Shown here: positions 63,006 through 64,000 of the stretch, one piece after another
How positions within the stretch are numbered: position 1 is the stretch's first letter
How the letters are laid out: each line of letters starts with the position of its first letter
Assembly (NCBI RefSeq): GCF_006345805.1
Contig: NC_043018.1
Span: 5,890,001 to 5,954,000, forward strand
Reading direction: 5' to 3'
Length of the DNA: 64,000 nucleotides
Source: Octopus sinensis
Taxonomy: Eukaryota
Notes under the pieces: generated by a model
Told to the model about the DNA's origin: nothing
Databases searched by the model: none
The model's input: the letters and a program-made list of their open reading frames with translations, nothing else
Translations under genes and position numbers: made by a program

Positions 63006-64000
63006 GTAAGTCTTTGCTTTACTGTTCTTTGTTTCTCTTTAACGGGTTACGAAAGTGTTAGGAACAAAACCGTTCTTTCTCTTTCTCTCACTCTCCAAAA
63101 AGACATTCCAAGAAAACATAAGAAATATATCATATGGTAGCGAAACCATATGACAGATAGATAGATCTGGTTTTGAACAGTGACCCTCAAAGTACATAAA
63201 GCTATAACCAATAGCATATGAATATTGGTTTGAAAAACCGTTTTGGATAGAAAAAGTCTATGTCTTAGGCGTAGGAGTGGCTGTGTGGTAAGTAGCTTGC
63301 TTACGAACTACATGGTTCCGGGTTCAGTCCCACTGCGTGGCACCTTGGGCAAGTGTCTTCTACTATAGCCTCGAGCCGACCAAAGCCTTGTGACTAGATT
63401 TGGTAGACGGAAACTGCTAGAATGCCCGTCGTATATATGTATATATATATATATCATCATCATTTAGCGTCCGCTTTCCATGCTAGCATGGGTTGGACGG
63501 TTCAACTGGGGTCTGTGAAGCCAGGAGGCTGCATCAGGCTCAGTCTGATCTGGTAGTGTTTCTACAGCTGGATGCCCTTCCTAACGCCAACCACTCCGAG
63601 AGTGTAGTGGGTGCTTTTTACGTACCACCCGCACAGCTGCCAGACGGAGCTAGCAAACGGCCATGGACAGATGGTGTTTTTACGTCCCACCGGCACGAGG
63701 CCAGTTGGGGCGGCGCTGGCAACGGCCACGAACGGATGCTGCTTTTTACGTGCCACACCATCCATTAAATCTGAAGCCCCTTGATAATGGTCAATATTAT
63801 TACCTTTATCTTTTCAGGGTTGACAAAATAAAAACCAGTTGAGCACTGGGGTCGATGTAATCGACTGGTCTCCTCCCCTGAAATTACAGGCTTTGTGGCT
63901 AAAGTAGAAAGGTTTATTATTATTATTACTATTCATTGCAGTGCTAAACAAAATGCTTAACATTTCCTCCAGCTCCGTGTGTTCTGAGTTCAAATTCCAA

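Overview
AT-rich, repeat-dense eukaryotic genomic DNA. The SINE/LINE families and (TA)n content point to a coleoid cephalopod, most likely Octopus (inference). Two intron-rich housekeeping genes lie head-to-head about 7.2 kb apart. NELFA is on the minus strand (first three coding exons, ATG at 17203, continuing off the left edge). SRP72 is on the plus strand (16 coding exons, ATG at 24417, continuing off the right edge); I joined all exons of both genes by hand with consistent splice phases. SRP72 contains a clear U12-type (minor spliceosome) GT-AG intron at 60743-61965. Introns and the intergenic region are filled with tRNA-derived SINEs, RTE LINE remnants, several MITE families with identifiable TIRs and TSDs, a non-autonomous Helitron, a 28S rRNA fragment and microsatellites. 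The most striking non-genic signal is a set of Penelope-like element (PLE) pieces embedded in (TA)n tracts. They carry at least seven hammerhead-ribozyme folds with short, self-complementary stem-III loops, and four of these are in the sense orientation of the host pre-mRNAs. Most six-frame ORFs supplied are microsatellite or repeat artefacts. No computation or database search was run: homology calls are from recalled protein and RNA family motifs.
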